From: an uncultured delta proteobacterium
GTDB lineage: Bacteria; Desulfobacterota; Binatia; DP-6
Assembly: GCA_963815115.1 (NCBI GenBank)
Contig: CAWFFN010000012.1
Coordinates: forward strand, 192,001 to 256,000
Reading direction: 5' to 3'
Length of the DNA: 64,000 nucleotides
This document shows positions 30,610 through 39,931 of the stretch, piece after piece. Below the pieces are notes generated by a model, which was not told the DNA's origin, did not search any database, and saw nothing but the letters and a program-made list of their open reading frames with translations. A program made the translations under genes and the position numbers. Position 1 is the stretch's first letter. The number at the start of each line of letters is the position of its first letter.

Positions 30610-31277
30610 TGTGGCGCGGCGTCCTCACCGTCGTCCGGAAGGACCTCCGCATCGAGTGGCGCACCAAGGAGAGCCTCGCGGGCTTCGTCGTGCTCGGGGT
30701 GCTGCTGGTGGTGATCTTCAGCGTCGCCCTCGATCCGGCACCCGAGGATGCACCGCGCCTCGCCCCGAGCGTGCTGTGGGCGGCGTTCGTGTTCACCGGG
30801 CTGCTCGGCATCCAGCGCGGCTTCGTCCTCGAGCGAGAGAACGACTGTCTCGGTGGCGTGCTCGCGTCGCCGATCGATCCCGCGACTCTGTATCTCGGGA
30901 AGCTCGCCACCAACGTCGTCCTGCTCGCCGTCATGCAGGCGCTGGTGGTGCCGCTGGTCGGCGTCCTGCTGCACGCGCAGCTCGGCGCCGTGCTGCCGGC
31001 GCTGGCGCTCGTGCTCTTCCTCGGCAACCTCGGCTTCGCGTCCCTGGCGACGTTGTTCGCAGCGATGACGGTGCGCGCGCGCGCCCGCGAGGTGATGCTG
31101 CCGGTTCTCCTGCTGCCGCTGCTGGTGCCCGTGCTGATCGGCGGCGTGAAGGCCACCGAGGCGGCGTTGCGCGGCGGCTTCGCGGCGGCGGCGGGTCCGC
31201 TCGGCGTGCTGGTGGCCTTCGACGCGATCTTCGTGGTGGCTGGCGTCCTGCTCTTCGAGCAGGTAATCCGGGATTGA
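30609..31277 (+). CDS. ccmB: Heme exporter permease CcmB
   Basis: KDLRIEWR, ERENDCL, YLGK, REVMLPVLLLP. Confidence 0.92.
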   Translation: MWRGVLTVVRKDLRIEWRTKESLAGFVVLGVLLVVIFSVALDPAPEDAPRLAPSVLWAAFVFTGLLGIQRGFVLERENDCLGGVLASPIDPATLYLGKLATNVVLLAVMQALVVPLVGVLLHAQLGAVLPALALVLFLGNLGFASLATLFAAMTVRARAREVMLPVLLLPLLVPVLIGGVKATEAALRGGFAAAAGPLGVLVAFDAIFVVAGVLLFEQVIRD

Positions 31278-31960
31278 TGCGACTGCTGGACGCGCTGCTC
31301 CCGTGGGCCGCCCTGGTCGTCATGCTCCTCGCCCAGTGGCTCATCTTCCTCGTCGTTCCCACCGAGGCGCAGATGGGGATCGTGCAGCGCATCTTCTACT
31401 TCCACGTTCCCGCGGCCTGGGCGACGTTCCTGTGCTTCTTCATGGTCGCCGGCGCGAGCGCGGTGTACCTGTGGAAGGGATCGCGAGCCGCCGATCGCCT
31501 CGCGCTCGCCTCGGCCGAGGTGGGCGTGCTGTTCTGCACCCTGGTGCTCGTCACCGGCCCGATCTGGGCGCGGCCGATCTGGGGCGTGTGGTGGACCTGG
31601 GATCCGCGGCTCACCATGACGGTCATCCTGTGGGCGATCTACGCGGGCTACCTGATGCTGCGCGCTTTCGGCGGTGCCGACGAGTCCGTCGCCCGCTACG
31701 CCGCCGTTCTCGGCATCGTCGGTGTGCTCGACATTCCGGTGATCCGGCTCTCGGTGCGGCTGCTGCAGGGCATCCACCCCGCCGTGCTGACGACCAAGGA
31801 GGGCGGGTCGGGGCTCACCGACCCGATGATGCGCACGACGCTCTACGTCGCATCGCTGGCCATGCTGCTGCTGGCGGGCTGGCTGGTCGCGCTGCGCGTC
31901 CGCACGGCACGCCTGGAGGCGGAGGTCGCCGGGCTGCGACGGGAGCTCGAGCATGTCTGA
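31277..31960 (+). CDS. ccmC: Heme exporter CcmC
   Basis: RIFYFHVP, GPIWARPIWGVWWTWDPRL (WWD domain), IHP. Confidence 0.95.
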   Translation: MRLLDALLPWAALVVMLLAQWLIFLVVPTEAQMGIVQRIFYFHVPAAWATFLCFFMVAGASAVYLWKGSRAADRLALASAEVGVLFCTLVLVTGPIWARPIWGVWWTWDPRLTMTVILWAIYAGYLMLRAFGGADESVARYAAVLGIVGVLDIPVIRLSVRLLQGIHPAVLTTKEGGSGLTDPMMRTTLYVASLAMLLLAGWLVALRVRTARLEAEVAGLRRELEHV

Positions 31961-32093
31961 CAACCTCGGCTACCTCTTCGCCGCCTACACGGCGGTCTGG
32001 CTCGGCATCTTCATCTACGTCCGCCGCCTCGCGCGCCGCGGGCAGGAGCTGGAGGAAGAGATCCGCGACCTGCGCAGGCGAATCGAGTCCTGA
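31953..32093 (+). CDS. ccmD: Heme exporter protein CcmD (46 aa, absent from the ORF track)
   Basis: MSDNLGYLFAAYTAVWLGIFIYVRRLARRGQELEEEIRDL...; single TM plus charged tail, overlapping the end of ccmC. Confidence 0.85.
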   Translation: MSDNLGYLFAAYTAVWLGIFIYVRRLARRGQELEEEIRDLRRRIES

Positions 32094-32104
32094 CCCTCGC
32101 CGCC

Positions 32105-33910
32105 ATGCGGTTCGTCGTGTGCGTGAAATACGTTCCGGTGCTCTCGCAGCTCCGCTTCGACCCCGGGACCCGCCGCCTGATCCGCGAGGGCGTGCGGGGC
32201 GAGGCCAGCAGCTTCGACGTGCGCGCGCTGCTCGGCGCGCTGCAGCTGCGCCTGGCGCACGGCGGGGAGGTGGTGGCGCTGACGATGGGGCCGCCGCCCG
32301 CCCGCGAGGCGCTCGTGCACTGCCTCGCGCTCGGTGCCGACCGCGGCGTCCACCTGTGCGATCCCGCGCTCGCCGGCTCCGACACGCTCGCCACCGCGCG
32401 CGTGCTCGCCGCGGCGCTCCGGCGCGAGCAGCCCGATCTGATCCTTCTCGGGCGGGCGAGCGTGGACGCCGAGACCGGACAGGTGGGGCCCGAGGTGGCC
32501 GAGCTCCTCGACCTGCCGCAGGCGACGGCGGTCCGGCGGCTGGAGCTCGATGCGGAGGCGCGCACGTTCGAGGCGGAACGCGAGACCGACGACGGCTCGG
32601 AACGGGTGCGCGGCCCGCTGCCCGCCCTGGTGACGGCGGGCGAGGACCTCGCCGAGGAGCGCTTCCCGAACAAGGCCGAGCGCCAGGCCGCGGCGGAGAA
32701 GCCGATCGCGACCCTCGCGCTGGCCGACCTCGGGCTGGGTGCCGCCGATGCGGGCGACGCGGGCTCGCCGACGTGGGTGGCCGGCATCGAGGAGGTCTCC
32801 CATGCCCGGCGTGGCGAGCTGATCGAGGGAAGCGAACCGGCCGCCCTCGCCCGGCAGCTGGGCGAGCGCCTGCGGGCCCTCGGCGCGCTCGGTGCGGACG
32901 CGCGCGATCATCCGCCGCTGCCCTCGTGGACGCCGGGTGCACGGCCGGCGATCTGGGTGGTCGCCGAGGTGGGACCAGCGGGTCCGCGCGCCATCACGGC
33001 GGAGCTGCTCGCCAAGGCGGCCCACCTCGCCGGCTCGCTCGGGAGCAGCGTCGAGGCGATCGTGATCGGCTCCGGCGCGGAGCACGCCGCGGCGCTCGCG
33101 GCCGCCGGCGCGGACCGCGTCCTGATCGCCGACGCGCCCGGCCTCGCGCCCTACACCACCGAGTCGCACGCCGCGGTCCTCGCCGACGCCATCCGCGACC
33201 GGCAGCCGCGGCTCGTGCTGCTCGGCTCCACCGCGCTCGGCCGTGATCTCGCCCCCCGGGTGGCGGCTCGACTGGGGCTCGGCCTCACGGGTGATGCCAT
33301 CGACCTCGAGGTCGACGGCGAGGGCCGCGTGCGCCAGATGAAGCCCGCCTTCGGCGGCTCGATCGTGGCGCCGGTCCTGTCGCGCACACGGCCGGAGATG
33401 GCGACCGTGCGGCCGGGCATCCTGCACGCCGCGCGGCCCGACCCGTCGCGCCGGCCGGTGGTCGAGCGCCTGGTCGCGCGCGCGGCGGTGAGCCGGGTGC
33501 AGGTCGTCGGCCGCCGGACGGTCGGCGGCGGCGCCGCGGAGGCGCTCGAGACGGCGACGCTGGTGCTCGGCGTCGGCAAGGGAGTCGGCGGACCGGAGGC
33601 GCTGCCCGCGATCGAGCAGCTCGCGTCTCGCCTGGGCGCGGCCGTCGCGGCGACCCGCGAGGTGACCGACGCCGGCTGGCTGCCGCGCCAGCATCAGGTC
33701 GGTCTCACCGGACGCGCGATCGCTCCCCGCCTCTACGTCGCGCTCGCCATCAGCGGTGCGATGGAGCACCTGGTCGGGCTGCGCCGGGCGGGGACGATCG
33801 TGGCCATCAACAAGAGCCCCAAGGCGCCGATCCTGAAGGCCGCGGATCTCGCCATCCTCGCCGACGTGCACGAGGTCCTGCCCCACCTCGAGGCCGCCCT
33901 GCGGCCGTGA
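32105..33910 (+). CDS. Electron transfer flavoprotein, beta and alpha subunits fused
   Basis: VCVKYVP, GSDTLAT, DAETGQVG (beta); GLGLTGD, KPAFGG, QVGLTG, ISGAMEH, AINK (alpha). Confidence 0.92.
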   Translation: MRFVVCVKYVPVLSQLRFDPGTRRLIREGVRGEASSFDVRALLGALQLRLAHGGEVVALTMGPPPAREALVHCLALGADRGVHLCDPALAGSDTLATARVLAAALRREQPDLILLGRASVDAETGQVGPEVAELLDLPQATAVRRLELDAEARTFEAERETDDGSERVRGPLPALVTAGEDLAEERFPNKAERQAAAEKPIATLALADLGLGAADAGDAGSPTWVAGIEEVSHARRGELIEGSEPAALARQLGERLRALGALGADARDHPPLPSWTPGARPAIWVVAEVGPAGPRAITAELLAKAAHLAGSLGSSVEAIVIGSGAEHAAALAAAGADRVLIADAPGLAPYTTESHAAVLADAIRDRQPRLVLLGSTALGRDLAPRVAARLGLGLTGDAIDLEVDGEGRVRQMKPAFGGSIVAPVLSRTRPEMATVRPGILHAARPDPSRRPVVERLVARAAVSRVQVVGRRTVGGGAAEALETATLVLGVGKGVGGPEALPAIEQLASRLGAAVAATREVTDAGWLPRQHQVGLTGRAIAPRLYVALAISGAMEHLVGLRRAGTIVAINKSPKAPILKAADLAILADVHEVLPHLEAALRP

Positions 33911-35013
33911 CCCTGCCGGCGTCGCCCGACGTCCTCGTGATCGGCGGGGGCGTGATCGGCTGCGCGGTCGCGCGCGCCGTGGCTCGACCCGGGCGCTCGG
34001 TGCTGCTCGTCGACCGCGGAGCGATCGGCGGCGAGGCGTCGTCGGCTGCGGCGGGCGTGCTCTCGGTGGCGAGCGGCGACGCCGACGGCTCGAGCCTCGC
34101 GCTGCGTCGCGCCGGCCTGCTGCGCTTCCCGGCGCTGGCGGCGGCGCTGCGCGAGGAGACCGGTGTCGACGTCGAGCTGGATCTGGATGGCGCGATCGTG
34201 CTCGCGCTGGACGAGGAGGAGGCCGCGGCTCTGCGCGAGCGCGCCGCGCGCCGCCGCGCCCAGGGCCTGGGCGCGGAGTGGCTGGACGCAGATGCGCTGC
34301 ACGAGGCGGAGCCGCAGGCGAACCCGGCGGCGTGCGGCGGCGCACTGCATCCCGGTGACGGCCGCGTCACGTGCGAGCGGCTGGTGGAAGCGCTCGCCGA
34401 GGCGGCGCGGAGGCGCGGCGCCTCGCTGGTCCCGGGTGCGGAGGTGCGGGCCGCGGAACGGCGCGGCGAACGGCTCGTGCGCGTGCGGGTGGCCGGTACG
34501 TGGATCGTGCCCGGGACGGTCGTCCTGGCGGCCGGCGCCTGGGCAGCGCGGGTCGCGGGAATCGCGCCCGACCTGCCGGTGCGGGCGGTGCGCGGACAGA
34601 TGCTCGCGCTGCGGGCGCCGGCTGGTCGGCTGCGCCACGTCCTGTTTCACGGCGACGGCTGCCTCACGCCGCGCCCGCGCGGCGGCGAGGTGCTCGTCGG
34701 CGGCACGGTCGAGGACGCCGGGTTCGACAAGGCGGTCACCGCCCCGGGTGTGCTCGCGCTGCTCGACGACGTGCGCCGCATCGTCCCTGCGGCGCTCGAC
34801 TGGCCGATCGCCCGGCTGTGGGCCGGGCTGCGCCCTCATGCGCCCGGCGGCGGCCCGCTCATCGGCCGCCATCCCCGGCTCGACAACCTCATCGTGGCCA
34901 CGGGTCACTACCGCAACGGCATCCTCCTCGCTCCGCTGACCGCCGAGGCGGTCGCCGCCGCCGTCGAGGGCGCGGCGATGCCCGCCGAGGTCGCGCCCTT
35001 CGGCCCTGTGTGA
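33907..35013 (+). CDS. thiO: Glycine oxidase ThiO / DAAO family
   Basis: IGGGVIG, ASSAAAG, VRGQ, GLRP, GHYRNGILLAP. Confidence 0.85.
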   Translation: MTLPASPDVLVIGGGVIGCAVARAVARPGRSVLLVDRGAIGGEASSAAAGVLSVASGDADGSSLALRRAGLLRFPALAAALREETGVDVELDLDGAIVLALDEEEAAALRERAARRRAQGLGAEWLDADALHEAEPQANPAACGGALHPGDGRVTCERLVEALAEAARRRGASLVPGAEVRAAERRGERLVRVRVAGTWIVPGTVVLAAGAWAARVAGIAPDLPVRAVRGQMLALRAPAGRLRHVLFHGDGCLTPRPRGGEVLVGGTVEDAGFDKAVTAPGVLALLDDVRRIVPAALDWPIARLWAGLRPHAPGGGPLIGRHPRLDNLIVATGHYRNGILLAPLTAEAVAAAVEGAAMPAEVAPFGPV

Positions 35014-35720
35014 TGCGACAGGGCCCCGCGGCCGCCCGGCTCGACTGGGAAGCGATCGAGCGCGCGCTCGACCAGCGCGGTCACGCGGTCACTCCGCCGC
35101 TGCTCGCGCCGGCCGAGTGCCGGGCGGTGGGAAGGATGTGGCGAGACGAAGGCCGCTTCCGCAGCCACATCGACATGGCCCGCCATCGCTTCGGCGTCGG
35201 CGAGTATCGCTACTTCGCGGAGCCGCTGCCGCCCGTCGTCGCGCGCCTCCGGACGTGGGCCTATGCCCGCCTGGCGCCGACCGCCAATCGCTGGACAGCC
35301 GCGCTCGGGCGCGACGAGCGCTTCCCGGAGACGCTCCCGGCCTTCACGTCGTTCTGCGCGGCGCGCGGCCAGCGGCGCCCGACGCCGCTTCTGCTGCGCT
35401 ATCTGCCCGGGGGCTACAACTGCCTCCACCAGGACGTCTACGGCGCGGTCGCCTTCCCCCTCCAGATCACGCTGCTGCTCAGCCGGCCGGGCAGCGACTT
35501 CGCCGGCGGCGAGTTCCTGCTCGTCGAGCAGCGACCGCGCTCCCAGTCACGCGGGCTGGTCGTCCCGCTCGAGCAGGGGCAGGCGGTCATCTTCCCGAAC
35601 CGATACCGGCCGGAGGCGGGGACGCGCGGCACCTACCGCGTGAACGTGCGCCACGGCGTGAGCGAGCTGCGCTCCGGGAAGCGCCTCGCCCTGGGCATCA
35701 TCTTCCACGACGCGGAGTGA
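35013..35720 (+). CDS. 2OG-Fe(II) oxygenase (DUF2086-like)
   Basis: GEYRYF, RPTPLLL, YNCLHQD, GGEF, RHGVS, GIIFHDA. Confidence 0.9.
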   Translation: MRQGPAAARLDWEAIERALDQRGHAVTPPLLAPAECRAVGRMWRDEGRFRSHIDMARHRFGVGEYRYFAEPLPPVVARLRTWAYARLAPTANRWTAALGRDERFPETLPAFTSFCAARGQRRPTPLLLRYLPGGYNCLHQDVYGAVAFPLQITLLLSRPGSDFAGGEFLLVEQRPRSQSRGLVVPLEQGQAVIFPNRYRPEAGTRGTYRVNVRHGVSELRSGKRLALGIIFHDAE

Positions 35721-35724
35721 CGGT

Positions 35725-35913
35725 TCAGCCGTCCTTCGGCGTCGCCACGGTGTCCTCGTCGAGCCGCCGCACGGCCGCCTCGTACACCGTCATGCGCAGC
35801 CCCTGCGCCGTCTCGATTTCGAGCAGGCCGCCGCGGCGCGCGAGCACCGTGAACACGCCGGGCACCTGGAGGGTGATCACCTGGTCCCCGACCTCGATCG
35901 TACCCGTGGCCAT
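35725..35913 (-). CDS. Small hypothetical protein (SH3/KOW-like beta pattern)
   Basis: 62 aa, IEVGDQV...FTV...LEIET; fills the gap between convergent genes. Confidence 0.6.
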   Translation of the reverse strand: MATGTIEVGDQVITLQVPGVFTVLARRGGLLEIETAQGLRMTVYEAAVRRLDEDTVATPKDG

Positions 35914-35949
35914 CCGGGCGGCGGAGATACCCGGTCGGGTGCGCCCGCG

Positions 35950-36552
35950 TCAACGAGGACGACGGCGTGCGCGCAGCAGGGACTCGATGTGCTTGAGCAG
36001 GACGTCGGCCTCGAGATTGACCCGATCGCCCGGCCCCCGCTCGGCCAGGGTCGTCTGCCGGAGCGTGTGGGGGATGAGCGCGACCTGGAAACGGCCGTCC
36101 TGGCAGCTGAAGACGGTGAGACTCACGCCGTCGACCGCGATCGAGCCCTTCTCCACCAGGTAGGGCCAGATCGCCTTCGGGGCCCGGAAGCGGTACAGAA
36201 CCCACTCTCCTTCCGGCCTGATCGCGTCGAGGCGGCCGACCCCATCCACGTGTCCCTGCACGATGTGCCCGCCCAGGCGATCGCCCACCCGCAGCGCGCG
36301 CTCCAGGTTCACGCGCGCGCCGCGCGCCAGCGCGCCCATCGTCGTCCGGCGCAAGGTCTCTGGCGACACGTCGACGGTGAATCGGCGGCCGTTGCCGGAG
36401 GTGACGGTGAGACAGGTGCCATTGACCGCGATGCTCTCACCGAGCGCCAGGCGCGGGAGCGCCTTTCCGGCCGCGAGCGTGAGGCGGGCTCCTCCGCCCT
36501 GCGGGCTCACGCGCTCGACCCGGCCCGTGGTCTCGATGATGCCGGTGAACAC
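35950..36552 (-). CDS. ribE: Riboflavin synthase (alpha chain)
   Basis: (M)FTGII, GESIAVNGTCLTV, VNLERAL...GGHIVQGHVDG, KGSIAVDGVSLT. Confidence 0.96.
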   Translation of the reverse strand: MFTGIIETTGRVERVSPQGGGARLTLAAGKALPRLALGESIAVNGTCLTVTSGNGRRFTVDVSPETLRRTTMGALARGARVNLERALRVGDRLGGHIVQGHVDGVGRLDAIRPEGEWVLYRFRAPKAIWPYLVEKGSIAVDGVSLTVFSCQDGRFQVALIPHTLRQTTLAERGPGDRVNLEADVLLKHIESLLRARRRPR

Positions 36553-36584
36553 CCGGTCCGCCCCGGCAGGTCCGCCCGTCCCGC

Positions 36585-36908
36585 CTACTCTTCGAGTTTC
36601 GGCTGGTAGAACAGACGACCGAGCCAGCTGTCGTGCTCCCGCCGGGCGACGACCTCGAGCTGGTTCTTGTCGAGCCACGTGCCGCAGTCGACAGGACACT
36701 GCAGCACCTCGACGCCGTGGATCTGGACGGGGTTCAGCACCGCGCCGCAGCGCGGACAGTGTCCTTTCGCGCTCTCCTCGACTCCCATGACCTGGCTGCG
36801 CTTCAGGCGCTCGATGGCCTCGCGGTCCCGCTCCTGGAAGAAGCGATCTTCCTCACCCTTCTCCTTCTCCTGGAGGCGCTTGCCCAGACGGTCCTTGCTG
36901 TCTTCCAT
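36585..36908 (-). CDS. Zinc-ribbon (zf-TFIIB-like) protein with a charged N-terminal helix
   Basis: CPRC...CPVDCGTWLD; GAGGGAGG RBS. Confidence 0.85.
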   Translation of the reverse strand: MEDSKDRLGKRLQEKEKGEEDRFFQERDREAIERLKRSQVMGVEESAKGHCPRCGAVLNPVQIHGVEVLQCPVDCGTWLDKNQLEVVARREHDSWLGRLFYQPKLEE

Positions 36909-37116
36909 CGATCCTCCCTCGTACCCGCGCGAACGTGCCGTGCATCCAGTTCTGCAGCCGACGGGCCCAGTGGAACTCGTTCCCGAGCAGCGTGACGCCT
37001 AGGAACACCAGGAGCAACCCCGGTCCGGGGACGAGAGGCAGGCTCAGGATGGCGCCGACGACGAGCAGCAGGATGCCCAGGACGAGGCGCCCGAGACGGA
37101 TTGTGTACTGCATCAT
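36853..37116 (-). CDS. PGPGW-domain small membrane protein
   Basis: LPLVPGPGLLLVFLG...EFHWARR. Confidence 0.75.
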   Translation of the reverse strand: MMQYTIRLGRLVLGILLLVVGAILSLPLVPGPGLLLVFLGVTLLGNEFHWARRLQNWMHGTFARVRGRIDGRQQGPSGQAPPGEGEG

Positions 37117-37231
37117 GGTACGCCGACGGCTCCCCCGCAGCGGCGCGAATTCTACGCTCGGCCTCGGAAGACCGTCAACGACTCGAGCGGAGCCATTGAC
37201 GGCACCGGGGCCGTGGGCCACGAAGAGCGGG

Positions 37232-37831
37232 ATGGACGCGCGCGAGAAGATCATCTCCACCGCGGTGCGGCTCTTCTCCGCGCAGGGCTACGGCAACACG
37301 TCCCTCTCGCAGGTGGCGAAGGAGGCCGAGGTCTCGAAGGCGCTGATCTTCTGGCACTTCGACAACAAGGAGACGCTGTTCCGCACCGCCGTCCAGCGCA
37401 CCCTCGAGCCCTACTTCATCAACGTCCTCGACGACCTGGCGGGGCTCTCGGAGGTGGATCAGATCAAGCGCCTGGTCGATCAGTACTACGCCTTCGTCTC
37501 CGAGAACCTCTACTCGGTGAAGTTCTTCCTGAGCCTCATCCTCCGCGAGGAGAAGCATCCCGCGGATCTCGTCGGTCACATGAACGAGCTGCAGCGCGTC
37601 TATCTGAACCTCCTCGCCGACATCCTGGAGAGCGGACGCCAGAAGGGACTGTTCCGCGAGTCGATGAGCCCGCGGCTCGATGCCGCGCTGCTCATGAGCG
37701 CGCTGCACGGCATCCTGGTGCAGGGATTTCTCGGCGGCGACGTGCCGGAGCACTCGGCGGAGCTTCTTGCGCACCTCAAGACCACCTTGGTGGACGCACT
37801 GCGCCGTCAACCGACTCCCGAAAAGTCTTGA
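37232..37831 (+). CDS. TetR/AcrR family transcriptional regulator
   Basis: LFSAQGYGNTSLSQVAKEAEVSKALIFWHFDNKETL helix-turn-helix. Confidence 0.95.
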   Translation: MDAREKIISTAVRLFSAQGYGNTSLSQVAKEAEVSKALIFWHFDNKETLFRTAVQRTLEPYFINVLDDLAGLSEVDQIKRLVDQYYAFVSENLYSVKFFLSLILREEKHPADLVGHMNELQRVYLNLLADILESGRQKGLFRESMSPRLDAALLMSALHGILVQGFLGGDVPEHSAELLAHLKTTLVDALRRQPTPEKS

Positions 37832-37856
37832 CATTTACTCAATAATTTTCGATAGC
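37828..37856 (+). promoter_or_regulatory. Putative sigma70 promoter for the DUF1302-like gene
   Basis: TTGACA, a 17-nt AT-rich spacer, then GATAGC, in a very GC-rich background. Confidence 0.55.
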
Positions 37857-37863
37857 GCCGGCC

Positions 37864-39903
37864 ATGGGGGCGTGGACCGGCTGGCTGAGGCTCGGCGTCG
37901 TAGCGGTGCTCGGCTGCTCCGCCGTCTGCGAGGCGTTCTATCTCGACCCGGGACGCAACTTCGACGTCCGGCTGCGAGCCTACTCGCAGCTCGGCATCAT
38001 GGCAGAGGATGCCGCTCAGCAGGGCTGCGCCCCGTTCACCACGACGATCAACGGGAAGAAGGTGGTCATCCCGGGCGGCAATCCCGCCGTCTGCCCGCCG
38101 CAGTACAGCTTTGGCGACCTGGCACAGCACCGGAACTTCTACAACCCGGAGTTCGACGCCAAGCTCACCGACTACATGCGCTGGACGAACGACGTGCCCG
38201 GCATGGGCTGGTTCACGCCGGACGACTTGAAGTTCCGCTTCGCGTGGTGGGGATTCTACGACGGCCTGTACGACTACCTGGATCCCGAATGGGACCAGCA
38301 CCGGCGCGATCCGAGCAAGCAGTTCCGTCCCGCCAAGTTCGGCATCGCGCGCTTCTCGCAGACGGATAGCCCCACTCGGCCCTACACCTTCCAGGACGAG
38401 AACAAGAACCCGCGCCACTTCTACGCGTCACGCAACCGTATCAACGAGCTCTACGTCGACTACACGAAGGGCCCGCTTTTTCTCCGCGTCGGCCGCCAGG
38501 CCATCTCGTGGGGCGAGTCCGACACCGTCGCCCTGCTCGACGTGCAGAACCCCTTCGACCTGCTGCTGGCCGCGCCGGGGTTCTTCCAGGACGTCGACGA
38601 GGCGCGCATCCCGCTGTGGACCCTGCGTACCACCTACAAGCTGCTCGACAGCTGGAAGTTCATCTCGAGCGGGTTCCTGGACGCGTACATGGTGCCCGGC
38701 CCGATCGACACCACGATCCCGAACGACCCCATCACCTACGGCGTCTCGCCCTTCAACCCGGATGTGCCGAACCCGCAGGGGAACATCTTCCTGCAGGGGC
38801 AGGAGGGCCTCCTGCACACGGTCGTGGTCGACAGGCTGCCGGAGAAGAACTGGGCGAACACGCGCTGGGGCGCCCGCCTGCAGGCCCTGCTGTTCCGCGA
38901 CTACACCGTGCAGGGGTGGTTCTTCCGCACCTTCAACCAGGCGCCCGTGCCATTGCTGAGCAGCACGTCGGCGTTCACCCTGTCGACGAACCCGGACAAG
39001 ATCTCGCTGATCGACGATCGCGGCTTCCGCACCCCGCTCTGCCTCGACGACAACGGCAACCGCATCCCGCGCAGGAACGCGGCGGGCGGCTCGAACGCCG
39101 GCGTGCCCGGCCACACCCCGGTCGGTCGACCCTGCTCGTGGCAGGCGCCCGTGGTCACCACGCTCAACCGCCGGCTCGAGTCGGTGATCGGCCTCGCCGC
39201 CTCGTGGTTCAGCGAGCCGCTGAACGGCATCGTCCGGACGGAGGCGGAGTACTTCGTCAACGAGCTGGCGTTCATCCCCGGCGTGAACCTGAACCCGCGA
39301 GCTCAGCTCCCGAAGTCCCTCCGCAACAACCCGGCGCTGGATCTCGGCTACAAGAAGAACATCGTCAATACGATCCCGACGGCGAACTACCTCCGCTGGG
39401 TGCTCGCCTACGATCGGTTCTTCTTCTTCCGGCCGCTCAACCCGACCAACTCGTTCACGCTGTCGATGTCGTACAACAGCTCGTTCAACCTGAGCGAGAA
39501 CGGCGGGCGCGATTTCCGCAATCCCCAGGCCAAGCCCGGGAAATCGCAGACCCAGAGCGTCAACACCGGGCTCGGGACCGGTTGCAAGGGCAAGCAGGCG
39601 GCCACCAACCCGCTCTGCATCACGGCGGTGCCGCGCAACTTCGAGGACGCCTACCAGTACGAGGGCTTCCTCACCACGACCCTCCAGACCGACTACATGC
39701 ACGGGCGGCTCGAGCCCCGCATCACCATCATCACCGACGTGAGCGGCATCTTCGCCTTCCAGCCCACGGTCACCTACCGCGTCACCGACAACTTCCTCCT
39801 CGGCGCCACCTACCTGGCGATCGCCACCCAGCGGAAGGCGGGACTCGGAACCTTCCGCGCGCACGACATGTTCCAGCTGCGCGCGACGGTGCAGCTGAAC
39901 TGA
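37864..39903 (+). CDS. DUF1302-like outer-membrane beta-barrel protein
   Basis: Signal peptide; INELYVD, RVGRQAISWGESD, NPFD, RIPLW; C-terminal amphipathic strand QLRATVQLN. Confidence 0.75.
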   Translation: MGAWTGWLRLGVVAVLGCSAVCEAFYLDPGRNFDVRLRAYSQLGIMAEDAAQQGCAPFTTTINGKKVVIPGGNPAVCPPQYSFGDLAQHRNFYNPEFDAKLTDYMRWTNDVPGMGWFTPDDLKFRFAWWGFYDGLYDYLDPEWDQHRRDPSKQFRPAKFGIARFSQTDSPTRPYTFQDENKNPRHFYASRNRINELYVDYTKGPLFLRVGRQAISWGESDTVALLDVQNPFDLLLAAPGFFQDVDEARIPLWTLRTTYKLLDSWKFISSGFLDAYMVPGPIDTTIPNDPITYGVSPFNPDVPNPQGNIFLQGQEGLLHTVVVDRLPEKNWANTRWGARLQALLFRDYTVQGWFFRTFNQAPVPLLSSTSAFTLSTNPDKISLIDDRGFRTPLCLDDNGNRIPRRNAAGGSNAGVPGHTPVGRPCSWQAPVVTTLNRRLESVIGLAASWFSEPLNGIVRTEAEYFVNELAFIPGVNLNPRAQLPKSLRNNPALDLGYKKNIVNTIPTANYLRWVLAYDRFFFFRPLNPTNSFTLSMSYNSSFNLSENGGRDFRNPQAKPGKSQTQSVNTGLGTGCKGKQAATNPLCITAVPRNFEDAYQYEGFLTTTLQTDYMHGRLEPRITIITDVSGIFAFQPTVTYRVTDNFLLGATYLAIATQRKAGLGTFRAHDMFQLRATVQLN

Positions 39904-39931
39904 GAGCGGCCGTCGCGGCCGCGCCGCGCGC

